Below are positions 1 to 12,459 of a stretch of DNA of 64,000 nt, in pieces. A program made the position numbers and the translations under genes. Where the stretch lies: the NCBI GenBank assembly GCA_040954595.2, contig CM082581.2:7276059-7340058 (forward strand). Direction: 5' to 3'. Numbering within the stretch: position 1 is the first letter of the stretch; each line of letters opens with the position of its first letter. Origin of the DNA: Balanoglossus misakiensis (Eukaryota > Animalia > Hemichordata). The notes under the pieces are model-generated. The model searched no databases and had not been told where the DNA came from. It saw only the letters and a program-made list of their open reading frames with translations.

Positions 1-2215
1 AAAATGACAATTTTTCGACTTTCCGAGATATCAAAATTTCTTCATTTTTTCGAAAAAATCATGGGTTATAGCCCATGAAAATCACCCAAAAATGACAATT
101 TTTCGACTTTCCGAGATATCAAAATTTCTTCATTTTTTCGAAAAAATCATGGGTTATAGCCCATGAAAATCACCCAAAAATGACAATTTTTCGACTTTCC
201 GAGATATCAAAATTTCTTCATTTTTTCGAAAAAATCATGGGTTATAGCCCATGAAAATCACCCAAAAATGACAATTTTTCGACTTTCCGAGATATCAAAA
301 TTTCTTCATTTTTTCGAAAAAATCATGGGTTATAGCCCATGAAAATCGCCCAAAAATGACAATTTTTCGACTTTCCGAGATATCAAAATTTCTTCATTTT
401 TTCGAAAAAATCATGGGTTATAGCCCATGAAAATCACCCAAAAATGACAATTTTTCGACTTTCCGAGATATCAAAATTTCTTCATTTTTTCGAAAAAATC
501 ATGGGTTATAGCCCATGAAAATCACCCAAAAATGACAATTTTTCGACTTTCCGAGATATCAAAATTTCTTCATTTTTTCGAAAAAATCATGGGTTATAGC
601 CCATGAAAATCACCCAAAAATGACAATTTTTCGACTTTCCGAGATATCAAAATTTCTTCATTTTTTCGAAAAAATCATGGGTTATAGCCCATGAAAATCA
701 CCCAAAAATGACAATTTTTCGACTTTCCGAGATATCAAAATTTCTTCATTTTTGAAAAAATCATGGGTTATAGCCCATGAAAATCACCCAAAAATGACAA
801 TTTTTCGACTTTCCGAGATATCAAAATTTCTTCATTTTTTCGAAAAAATCATGGGTTATAGCCCATGAAAATCGCCCCAAAATGACAATTTTTCGACTTT
901 CCGAGATATCAAAATTTCTTCATTTTTTCGAAAATATCATGGGTTATAGCCCATGAAAATCGCCCAAAAATGACAATTTTTCGACTTTCCGAGATATCAA
1001 AATTTCTTCATTTTTTCGAAAAAATTATGGGTATAGCCCATGAAAATCGCCCAAAAATGACAATTTTTCGACTTTCCGAGATATCAAATTTCTTCATTTT
1101 TTCGAAAAAATCATGGGTTATAGCCCATGAAAATCGCCCAAAAATGACAATTTTTCGACTTTCCGAGATATCAAAATTTCTTCATTTTTATCGAAAAAAT
1201 CATGGGTTATAGCCCATGAAAATCACCCAAAAATGACAATTTTTCGACTTTCCGAGATATCAAAATTTCTTCATTTTTATCGAAAAAATCATGGGTTATA
1301 GCCCATGAAAATCACCCAAAAATGACAATTTTTCGACTTTCCGAGATATCAAAATTTCTTCATTTTTTCGAAAAAATCATGGGTTATAGCCCATGAAAAT
1401 CACCCAAAAATGACAATTTTTCGACTTTCGGAGATATCAAAAATTCTTCATTTTTTCGAAAAAATCATGGGTTATAGCCCATGAAAATCACCCAAAAATG
1501 ACAATTTTTCGACTTTCGGAGATATCAAAAATTCTTCATTTTTTCGAAAAAATCATGGGTTATAGCCCATGAAAATCACCCAAAAATGACAATTTTTCGA
1601 CTTTCGGAGATATCAAAAATTCTTCATTTTTTCGAAAAAATCATGGGTTATAGCCCATGAAAATCACCCAAAAATGACAATTTTTCGACTTTCGGAGATA
1701 TCAAAAATTCTTCATTTTTTCGAAAAAATCATGAGTTATAGCCCATGAGAATCACCCAAAAATGACAATGTTTCGACTTTCCGAGATATCAAAAATTCTT
1801 CATTTTTTCGAAAAAATCATGGGTTATAGCCCATGAGAATAACCCAAAAATGACAATGTTTCGACTTTCCGAGATATCAAAAATTCTTCATTTTTTCGAA
1901 AAAATCATGGGTTATAGCTCATGAGAATCACCCAAAAATGACAATTTTTCGACTTTCCGAGATATCAAAATTTCTTCATTTTTTCGAAAAAATCATGGGT
2001 TATAGCTCATGAAAATCATCCAAAAATGACAATTTTTCGACTTTCCGAGATATCAAAATTTCTTCATTTTTTCGAAAAAAATCATTGGTTATAGCCCATG
2101 AAAATCATCCAAAAATGACAATTTTTCGACTTTCCGAGATATCAAAATTTCTTCATTTCTTGAAAAAAATCATGGGTTATAGCTCATGAAAATCATCCAA
2201 AAATGAAATTTTTTT
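1..2215. repeat. 88-bp tandem repeat (satellite/minisatellite) array, ~25 copies, truncated by window start
   Basis: The unit AAAATGACAATTTTTCGACTTTCCGAGATATCAAAATTTCTTCATTTTTTCGAAAAAATCATGGGTTATAGCCCATGAAAATCACCCA recurs with period 88 (1, 89, 177, ...). Copies are near-identical early and more variant towards 2200. Internal dyads: TTTTTTCGAAAAAA and TCATGGG-TTATAG-CCCATGA. Confidence 0.97.
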
Positions 2216-2965
2216 TAGTATAAATATGAAATCGTATCTGTGTGCAAAAATGAAATTCCACTTCCCGCCGGATATTTCATGATTACCACTCCGCGGAGAC
2301 TGTAAATTGCCTCACATCAGCTCCAATTGGATAAACTAGAGAAATGGCAAAACACTGTAAGTTCAGTGTCGGAAATGGCCGGTAAACGGTTGTTAGCAAG
2401 CGAACAATGCCAACGTCTTTATTTCTGTACACTGGAGGACCAACCGGCGCTGGCTGAGTTTCACCAGTCAACAGCAAAAAGACAGCCAAGCTTATAGAGT
2501 ACTTTCTATTTAGTCAATTCGTTGACGCCAATTCAATTCGCACTTTCACTTAAGATGACAGCGAGCGGCGGGTGATACAATGGTGCTAATCTCAAAGTAA
2601 AAGAGAGTTGATGTTCTATACTGAGCGATGCTATCTATCCCACCTGTCTGTCAGCGTTGTGTTTTTTCAAAGGTGGGATTAAAGGGAGGGCCGGGGATGT
2701 GTAAGTAACAGTGGAGTAGCGGAGTCATTAGGGAAATTTTGACTCGAGTTCAATTATATCTGTTTATACAGCACTCCACGGGCAAGTGTCAAGTGATGAT
2801 AGTAAGTGACATGTGTCTATACTCTATTCACAATGGGAAGGGACCGAGAAATCCTCAACACTCGACTGTTGTCAGTCACCCTTCAAACTTTTTTTTCCAC
2901 ACTGAATGCACACGCGTATACGACTGAATTGTTTTGAAGAAGAAGGCCAAAGACAGACGCGAGCT

Positions 2966-2993
2966 ACGTCATTCAAGTGACGTCATTCAAGTG
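2966..2993. repeat. 14-bp exact tandem duplication (ACGTCATTCAAGTG x2)
   Basis: Seen directly; the junction forms TGACGTCA at 2978-2985. Confidence 0.85.
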
Positions 2994-5403
2994 TCATTAC
3001 CAGGGCATGCCACGTCCTCCAAACACATATCCACTCAATAGAGGATGTGGGGTGGTTTTTAATCCACCAGTACAGATATCTGGAAGCTTCAACAGGATTA
3101 TTAATCCACCGGGAAGACTTTGGCTTTTTGAGTCATATTGAAATGGAAATCCTGCACTGAGACGTTTAATTTGAATGAATTAGTTTAACTTCAGGACCAA
3201 CCTGATCAGGTTCAAAATGGCTCCTTTTTTCTTACTATACTATAATGTAAGACATGGCGATATATTTTTGTACTCCGTGTGAATGTTTGAATGTTGAATC
3301 CTGATTAATTGATTGATTGGTTGATAAATAGGCCGATGGATTTACTGATTCAACTGATACAATCATTGATTCACTGATTGATTTATCGGTCCGCTTTATC
3401 GATATTCATATCGTTCTTCCCAAAACACGGTACGACATTACATTTATTACAAATGCAAGTCAGTGACCGCTACCAGCCGCCATTTTGATGCATGTCTTTT
3501 ACAAGGTGGACGCCATACTAAAGAAATCGCCTTTTTGGTATCAACGCTTCTCATGGGCGTCAAATAAGATTTCAAATAACACCTTGAGAAAGCACCGCAC
3601 GTCAATCTTCACCTTAACCGTGGCGTTCCAAACTCCTTGAAACCCAATCTTAAACTTTTACTCATATTGGGCCTTGTGCACACTTGACCCCGTTCGATTT
3701 TCAAAGAACACAAAGGAGGGTCACCCACTGCTGCTCGGATTAGTTCATCCCAGGTTTACCTTCAGTGCCAGAGTTTTTTTTTTATACCAAGATGTCGCCA
3801 CGGTTACAATTCTGGCCGGAGATGCCATCGCAATTCAATAAAACGACAAGCATTATATCACAATTGCTATAACAAGTTGACTTGGACACCCATCAGAGAA
3901 GCGAACGACCAGGTATGGTTACACTGGAGGTAAACTAAAAGATAACACAGAAATCGTGTTGATATCTTTGAGATTTTAAAATAAATGATGACAGAACGGC
4001 TGTGGCGGCAACAACAGACCAATCCATCACAATATATCGCACGAATATCGCCGTTTCTCACGTAAGACTGGGTCAGCAAGTCACACAGTTGGCAATACTG
4101 AGTGTGTCCATAAGTTCAACAATACAATGCACGCCGCCAACATATGCAGACGAGAACATACTAGCATTGCACGTTAAGCAATGGGGGTATGTGGATGGTC
4201 CAGGTATTAAGTTTCACACTGCGATGTCAAACTCGATACCACACAAAAATCAATGACCGGAGACAATTAACTAATAATATCGATTTTGTGCGAAAAAAAT
4301 CAGTAGGCCTAAGGTTATTGGGGTGCTTTGTTCCGATAACTTGGTGTGAATTGATTACTGTCATCGCATCATTGGGACACTGGTCATCACCTAAAATTAG
4401 AAAATGAGGCATTGAGATGACAGAACTGTGGTGAAATGTTAATGCCTCGCATTACTGCCCGATTTGTTCATAATAACAGGTTATTGGTGTCGGTGGCGGC
4501 GTTGTGATAGCGTAACTATGGTGTCGCTGCCGGCGCCATGGCTGTGACGGAGCATTCCTGGAAGCGCGTCGTGTTGACCAGTAGATACAGTCTGGTCCGA
4601 CAGCAATATGCCGGTTTAATGGGACCCAATCAGACATTTTCGGGGGCCATTTGCTGATAAGGCCTCGATTATAGAGCGCTTTGCTCGTTAGTTTGTTATG
4701 AACTCCGGTGTTTGTGTACGAGAGGGTTCCATGGCCGATGTGGTTATCTGCCGGTTGAAGGAACCTGATATTACAAAATGAAATCACAAGGTACAATGTA
4801 CGAAAATTAATTTATGATTAACTACTTGTCGATGTTTTCAAACTTTGGTGTGGAAAACAGGAATTGAAAATTTCACATTTCTATTTTTTAATCTTGAGCT
4901 ATTCACCCATAAAAAGTCATTATCACGTTTAGTTACAGTCGAAGACTATCCCTAATCATAGACATTAAATGATAAAAAAAAACCCACCAAAATTGTATTT
5001 CGTTGACGTGAACACATTACGCTTGTAAGTCTTCTTCAAGAAAACTGAAGATTTGTTCTTGGGAATGGGTCTTGAGGGAGGGGGCTTATAACAGTTCGAG
5101 GAGCCCCTTTCAATCCTTTGTTTATGGCTTGACTTTGAAGGAGGTGATAGAGAAATGTTCGATGACATGGCCTGTATTTGCATGGCCGGGTTATCTTGTT
5201 CAGCATCTGTCAAAGGGTAATGTTGTTTGTTCTTGTGCGCCAACGAGGCGTCATCGGGCTTGGCAGATTTTGGCAGGCCCGGTGGAACACATCTCGACAC
5301 GTCGTTGCATTTCGTTGGGTCGACGAAAGCAAACTGTTGCCCCGATTCATACAAAGCACCTCATGGCGACACCAACCCACGTGCACACAGCTGTAGTATT
5401 CAA

Positions 5404-5786
5404 CTGTAGATGGCGCTGTTTAGAACTTGCAAACAAAGCGCATGCTTGTCGATGCCGTCGGGGTTCGTTTCAAAGATGCGATTTCTATAGAAAACGAATG
5501 CGCTTGAGGGACATCCTACGGTTTGTGAGTAGAATAAGATTTATAACTATTATCTTAGATCTCTGGGATTCGGCGGCTCACATAAAAATTTCGTCACACA
5601 TTTTTTTTCAAGTATTAAACTAAAACGTGAGTATACAATCAATCAAAATGAGTTTGACAATCACCCGTAAATTGAATTCACATTAGGATTTGGTTACATC
5701 TGCTCAACTATAATGACAAAATCACCAAAGTTCGCAAAGCAAATGACAAATCACCAAAGTTTCAATCACCCACCGCCCTCTAGTGA
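5404..5786. promoter_or_regulatory. Pair of convergent CTCF-like motifs
   Basis: CTGTAGATGGCGCTG (+, 5404-5418) and TCACTAGAGGGCGGT (-, 5772-5786) resemble the CTCF core CCASYAGRKGGCRS. Judged by eye, with no PWM score. Confidence 0.35.
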
Positions 5787-5837
5787 CGAACGGCGAGTCA
5801 GATAACTCTTTCCCAAACGCTGGGGGAGCAATCATAA

Positions 5838-6105
5838 TATATAAAACAGAGTTGCCGATAATGCGATGTGTCATATGTTGCCGCCGTGTTGGTACTGCAT
5901 GCGATCGATTGAAAAGAAAACACAGCAGTCACCGTCGGGTCAGCTGAGGTTCACTATTTCAACACATCGGCACAAATTCATGGTTTCATCCACATTTCTC
6001 AATTCGCCTCGGTCAAGTAGTCACCTCACACTGTGCATTCTCAGCATGTAGCAGCACCATTGGTTGGTTTGTGGGTTCCATGGAAGACAGCTTCCCAAGG
6101 TAAGT
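5838..6105 (+). promoter_or_regulatory. Candidate TATA promoter and first exon ending in a consensus splice donor
   Basis: TATATAAAA at 5838-5846, Inr-like TCATAT at 5871-5876, and a perfect donor AAG|GTAAGT (exon end 6099). An ATG at 6080 (MEDSFP...) is open into the donor. Confidence 0.4.
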
Positions 6106-6684
6106 CAAACTTACCTATCGTTACACTACATGTATCTCCCCCTCACCTACTTTGAACCGTGGTTCTACGCGCCAAACTCCACGGCTGACGACAGCTGTCA
6201 ACGGATCGAGATGGATCTGCACTGAATGAATGACAGCTCTCGGACAAATCTATAACAGACCTCACAAGCCAACGAATTATTATCTGTCACGTTACAAAGG
6301 CACTCTGGTTATGTAAAACGCGTTAAAACCACTTTTTTCGTGATTGTGCGGAACAAGCGCGCAACCTAATGGCGTTGGTGGAGAAGTTTAAATTCACCGA
6401 AATTGATTTTTATCAGCTGAGCCTAAAATCTTCGCTGCCGAAATTGTCACACTCAACTTAGCTGAAGCGCACAGACGAGTTGCGATGTCTTGCTTGTCTC
6501 CTTGGACAGTGAACGACAGGAGTAAAGCAGGAATCCGCACAAATCAGACCGCGCGCGTAGTTTCCCATGGCAACCAGGTATTCTGTTGCGCACACTGGGC
6601 CCAGATCGTGATTTTCAGGTGGTTTTATTGATTTTAAACAGTTCTTTTTAAAAATAATAGGGCCAACAGCGTGAACCTGTGTGT

Positions 6685-6723
6685 TGGTTAGTTGATTGGT
6701 TGGTTGGTCGGTCGGTTGATTGG
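6685..6723. repeat. Degenerate (GGTT)n microsatellite
   Basis: GGTTAGTTGATTGGTTGGTTGGTCGGTCGGTTGATTGG. Confidence 0.7.
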
Positions 6724-6777
6724 TAAGACGGGTAGATATCGCAAATTTTGCACTGAGAGAGAGAGGAGTAGAGCGGA

Positions 6778-6802
6778 GGGAGGGAAGTTGGGGGAGGGAG
6801 GG
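6778..6802 (+). other. G-quadruplex-forming motif
   Basis: GGGAGGGAAGTTGGGGGAGGGAGGG: five G-runs of >=3 with short loops. Confidence 0.5.
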
Positions 6803-7592
6803 AAATCGCAACTAGCCTCTTGAGCATTGCGCCTTGAACTGCCCGAGTTAGCAAAAAGCCGCCGATTACGAATAATGGTTGCCTTCGAGTTCCCTACGGA
6901 GCACTATAATTGGACGAGGTGGGTATAATTCGAGCATCGACCAGGCATCGGATTCACATTTGTTCTGAGCTGACATACGCATAGGTCGCTCAGGGAGGAC
7001 GAAATTAAAATGTAATGCCTGACTCAACATCCATTGCCAGAAAGAGTCTTACCTTTGCGACGAAGGATGGAATCATTTATCTAAATGTCAAACAAAATGA
7101 ATTACAGTAATTATTTTGCGAGCATCTATACCAATATTAATTTTTAAATTATCCTAACTTCGCCGCTGGGGTGAAAGTCCCTCATTAATTTTCTCTTCAA
7201 AATGTCTAAAAATGTCTATTAATATTTGTATTTCAAGAATATCCAAGCTTGCAGCTCCCGGGGACGCGGTATAATTTACGGACGTAAATTTGGCCAATAC
7301 TCTTTAACATGCTGGAGGGCACACGCCTATGAACAGTCGTAATTTATAGCAAAAGAACCACCACCTGATCCACGATTTCAACTTCCATATACCACTCCTG
7401 GGGTTATATGCGTGACGCTGAATCTTTTTTTAAATAGAGCAACATTCGTGCCGTGACATGATCAAAATTGTGGTTCGGCCACCAGAGAACCCTGTCCCCG
7501 CTTGAATAATGATATCGTTTCTTTCTGCTGATTTATTTTTTAAAAGTTTATCGTCATCGCGCGTAAAATTCAAATTCACGAGTGCCTGAGGG

Positions 7593-7594
7593 GA

Positions 7595-7626
<32 letters not shown>
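7593..7626. repeat. (GA)n microsatellite
   Basis: GA run with one interruption. Confidence 0.9.
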
Positions 7627-8286
7627 AACCTGCCCAGTCTTTGCAAGTACCTGTTTGATTGGAATCTGATAAGCTATTCTCGAGAAATTCTCGAGATATA
7701 GATGTTACAGACACACGCAGTCATATACACAGAGACATTGTTTAGTCTCAGGGTGTGCCATGCTGACAAATGAGACCGATCGCCTTGATGACGTAATGGG
7801 GTCACCATAGAGTCGCCTTGTTCCAAATTTTATAACAGAAGAGCACGTGTCCACTGTCGTCCAACTTGCCGAGCATGCATGGTACACGTAGTAGATTATG
7901 TCGACTGTCCTTGGCATGCTCTGACCTCACACTTGTTAGGTCATTAAAACTGTCACACTCCGAATGTTGATAATGCATATGACCGGTTTCAACAAGACAG
8001 CACGAGATCCTTTGTGATCACGGGGCGATTAAACATATCCCAAATGCATTGCAGTCCGATGAAATTGAGCACCAGCTGTCTTCTGTTAAACTTCCCCACA
8101 TTTCAATCCTGTCACATCTGATGATATTTTCTAACGATTTGAATGGGGCTGATTATCGACGCTCATCATTTTCACGGTTAACGAGCATCATGAAGGACAA
8201 CGCTAATAATCTGAGCCATGTAGAACACTTCGACGTTAGACCGGATAAACGCAGTTATTTAGGCCTGCAGCTATTCACAAATCATA

Positions 8287-8315
8287 CAGACAGTCAGTCA
8301 GTCAGTCAGTCAGTC

Positions 8316-8374
<59 letters not shown>
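8287..8374. repeat. Compound (CAGT)n(CAGA)n microsatellite
   Basis: A CAGT array switches to a CAGA array; this accounts for the low-complexity part of ORF 8049-8444. Confidence 0.95.
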
Positions 8375-11300
8375 AGGACAGATGCAGAGAAAGAAAGAAG
8401 AGAAACGACATATAAAAAGAGTAGCTCTCATAATTTTGAAATAAGAGGATTACGGTAATACATGTATATCATTGCATGTTACCTGCACCATTTCAGAGTC
8501 ATATTTCATATCAAGCACAACGTGAGAACACTCACAAATCGTTTTTCGTAAAAAAAGTATCATGATACAACAAATTTTGTCTGAAAATGTAAAAAAAAAA
8601 AGAAAAAAAAATGTTTCATTAAACGAAAAAAAACACACACCCAAAAAGTGCAGCAAAATGTGTTCACTGAACCTCCGTGTACAATGCAACGCCACCTTTT
8701 GCCCCGAATAGTCAATACACTTGTCGGCATTTTATTGGTAAGATAAATATGTATTTTGGCGCGTGAGTGTGCTTCAATTTCACCCAAACATTGCGTAAGA
8801 GCTCCGGTAAAAACCAATTTATATGGTAAGGAGGGCAATTTGGACGCTCCTTTGAACTATGAAGTAATGCAACTTCAGGCGAAGTTACAGAAACCGTCAT
8901 TTGGGCTTTTATTAAGTGACTATCAGAATCCATCCAAAGAAACTTCACCCTAACCCTTAGAAACCTTTACAGTGAACGGATATTAAAAATGTTTTTATTG
9001 GCTCTGATGCGGTACGACCAATTCAGGTTTTAAGTGGCAAGAAATACGCACAGCAGCAGAATGCGATACTATACCTGAATCGAGTTTCAGGAGGACGTTG
9101 TGAAATTTGAGTAATAAGCAGTACAGAAAGAGCCCTCTTGAGGACAAAGACCGCGGACTAATGAGTCAATACGTTTCCTGATTTGATCTCCGTTACGTTG
9201 TGTGCGAGAGAAAATAAAATGTCTTGTAATTTCGAACTCGATCATTCACTGCAAAATTTTCATACCGTGTCCTCTGGCTCTCTCAACTGTCTTTTTTGTT
9301 ATTAAGGCGACTGTTTGTGAACTGTTTACTCGATGTTTCTACTTCGATAAATGTTTGCTTCCATCACCGTTGCCCAATTAACAGGCCCACTTTCCCGAGG
9401 TGACGAAGAAGGATTTCCATGAAAACGTGTCCAGCTTCCTCTCCCACGCACGGGGAGATGTATAACCAGTTGGCAAAATTCAAAGACGTGTGGAATTACA
9501 GATCTATAGACAGACAGACAGAAGACAGACGGCCCTTCTTCGGCAAGAAACGCTGTCGCTCTCAGTAAATTGCTCCGCCAATTCACAGTCAGCACGCAAT
9601 GAACTGTGTCAGGCGAATTGCCACGGGGGCTGATCTATAGTGTCGCGAACGAATCTAGTCAGCGCTGTTTGCGCCCACTCAGCGGAGAAAAATATTAAAT
9701 CGAGCAGAGTGACTATCTACTAAAAAGGTCTACCTATTGAAAAATCGTCTTTATTGATCAATTACGGGAGTCCCTGCAAACGTGACTGCTTTAACGTCGG
9801 CTGTCTGACCGGTAATTTCTGGGCAAATTCGACGGTTAGCAGTTCGAGAAAGCTTTGGCAAAGAATTGAGGAAACATGTGCTCGTGTTTTCACTTCTCCG
9901 CGAAAATTAGTTTTCGAGTACAGTCAATATTAACTTAACACTGCTCTCGATTTGATGACGCACAAAACTGCGTACGCTTTGCTACTCTACTACTGCCGTC
10001 TTCGGATGAACAGAGCAGGCGGGACTGGGGAAAAAGTCCAGTTGGTGCGCAGAAGAGGCCGCGCAAGAGTAATAATCGGCTTGGAGTTCTCTGACGAGCA
10101 GTAAAACGTAATCGAGACACATAAGCATTACTCTGGCAGAATGGGTTTTTGCATCAAATGAAACGTTTATTGAAAACCGCGCGCGAACCGATGAAGCCTC
10201 CCCATAACTCCCGATGAAGGAGTCGTTTTCTTGCCGAAGGGTCCATCCAGTGTGCGGTACACTACAGTCCCGCTGCTGCATGATTTAACTTGAGAAGCAA
10301 AGAGTGAAGTCGTGTAATTCGAATAGTTCTTTTTAAATGTGATGTAACATTATATGTCCACTGGAAAACGCTCAGTGGATCCACAATACATCGCATACAA
10401 CTACAACATTTATGAGTAGGAGATGCACAAGGGACTATATTTTTTTCAAGTTGTCATTTCAAATGGCACACTCGCGAAACACGAAAAGGCCAAGTACAAG
10501 TTTCACAAGGTTAAATACTAGCATACAAAATTCTCATACAATGGCTCAACGGTTCGAGTCTTTGACTGGCGATAATGCGAAAACATTTTGGCATGAGTGC
10601 TTAGAATTTAGCTGATGATATATAAAACCGTGCTCAGTCGAAAGGGGGGGGGGGGTCCACGATTGACTGCAAGCAATAAAAGACGAATATGCACGTATGA
10701 ACATTATAAACTTCTAGAAGCGCATATTTTGATTTTTTTTGGAAAAATAGAGAATATGGTGTTGTTTTAAGAGTACTGGTTATGGGACTATCAATTAGGG
10801 GGAGCTGGACCAAGAGAGGACACTTCTTATGAAACACCGTTCGGATAGCACTTTTTGATCTTTTTCTGCGAAATCTTGCGGATCTAAGGGCTTCTGTCGT
10901 AATCAGCTCATCGTAGTCCGATTAAACAATGGTGATATCACATTCCCATTTTAGTCTCGAGAATATTCGCTCTTGCGCCCTTTGCGAAATCTGTCAAAAT
11001 GTTAAAGGAAACCACCGCATTATGGATTCTTGAAAATAATTCATCGGCAGAATAATGCACTTATCATAATCCCGGTCGTATATTAGTGCTAACCTTAACC
11101 AATCTATGGTTTATTCTTCTGTAAGAATTTTTGATCATTTGACAGTGACGTTTGGTCTCAGGTGCCTCGATAAAAAGTCTTCATCTATTGCACAACACGC
11201 TCGTATCAGTTGAAGTGCAAAAATTGGCAATGCCCTCTTTTAGTAATGACGTCACTAGTTTTACCTTTCTCTGAAACTGGGTCAGCTGAGATGAAAACTG

Positions 11301-12459
11301 GGCGAAACCGCAATATCAAATAAGTCACGCGTGACCTTTCGAAAAAAAAGTATTTGCCATGGAATCAATTCAATTCTCTCCCATCAATTCTCTGGCAATA
11401 GAAATATCCCTTACATGCTGCAATGCTCCATATAAATGTGTGTACAATTTATTTAGTAATGTTTACACTTTTGACGGCGCATATGCTTGACCAAATTTAA
11501 TTCCAGTGGGTTTACACCAATCACATGTGAAAGGCTGTCAAATTAGTGCCTTTGCTTGTTTTCGCGCTGTTTAATTTAATATCAAGATTTGGGTTCCACT
11601 AGACATTATTAAATGTACACCAGTCTTAAAAGCCATGACGTGCGTCTAACGAGACTGAGTTTCCATTAACCATGAAGGTCAACGCCAGATTCACGGACTT
11701 TTAATGTAATTTTCTTTTCTTAAAGTCAGAGCAAACCATACATGGGCATCTGGGGCCACCTGTGATTTACGACGTCTGTATATAAAGAGCCCGAACTTGC
11801 AAATCGCCCAGAACGAGGAAATTCTTGTAATAGCCTTTACATGCAATGCTGTTAACATGTATCCGATCGAAAAGTTCCTCCAGACCACAAAACTGAACTC
11901 CGGAACGGGGTTGAACGAATGCTTCTAAATGCTGGCATTTAATTCATCCTTCCCGACATACTTGGCTCGGGGAGGATGTTGGTCTTTTCAGATTACGTGA
12001 CTGTGGCACGAAAACATGACTTGTCGTCTGATCGTAAATGGAATGAAATACAGCCGAAAGAATGACGCTTTTGCCATGCAATACTGATTGATGATCAGCG
12101 CTGTGTTGTATTCATCTGTAACCATAACAGCGGAATCTAAGATCAAACACTCATAAAAAGACACATTAAAATGAATTCTGCATGGACTGCCTGTATGTTT
12201 TTAATTTCCAAGATTTTATTTCTTCGAAGTGTCTGTCTCGCAGCCTCTAAGCGTTCAAATTTCATCACCAGCGTATTAAAAATCTGCCAGTACATATAAT
12301 CAATTATATTCGACAACGATTGATATTAGCTTTGCAATCCAGAAGTGGCATAAATGTCAATATTAACGGTTGTTGAAGCACATGTATTTTTCATACACAC
12401 CTTCAGTGTAATGAAGTCTAAGAGTCTATCTCTAGAATGTCGGAATTTCATTTTGTTTA

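Noticed and set aside
1-2215. CRISPR-like array or coding repeat (ORF 970-1212)
   Set aside because: No unique spacers, units are contiguous copies, and the context is eukaryotic with no cas genes. The ORF exists only because single-base deletions temporarily remove stops.
4965-5623. Overlapping 129-183 aa ORFs
   Set aside because: No recognisable domain, no codon bias like the GPCR exon, no convincing splice boundaries.
5713-5762. Imperfect ~20-bp duplication AATGACAAAATCACCAAAGTT sharing words with the satellite
   Set aside because: Too short and AT-rich to establish any relation to the 88-bp unit.
8049-8444. 131-aa ORF with QTDR repeats
   Set aside because: Kept open by the CAGT/CAGA microsatellite.
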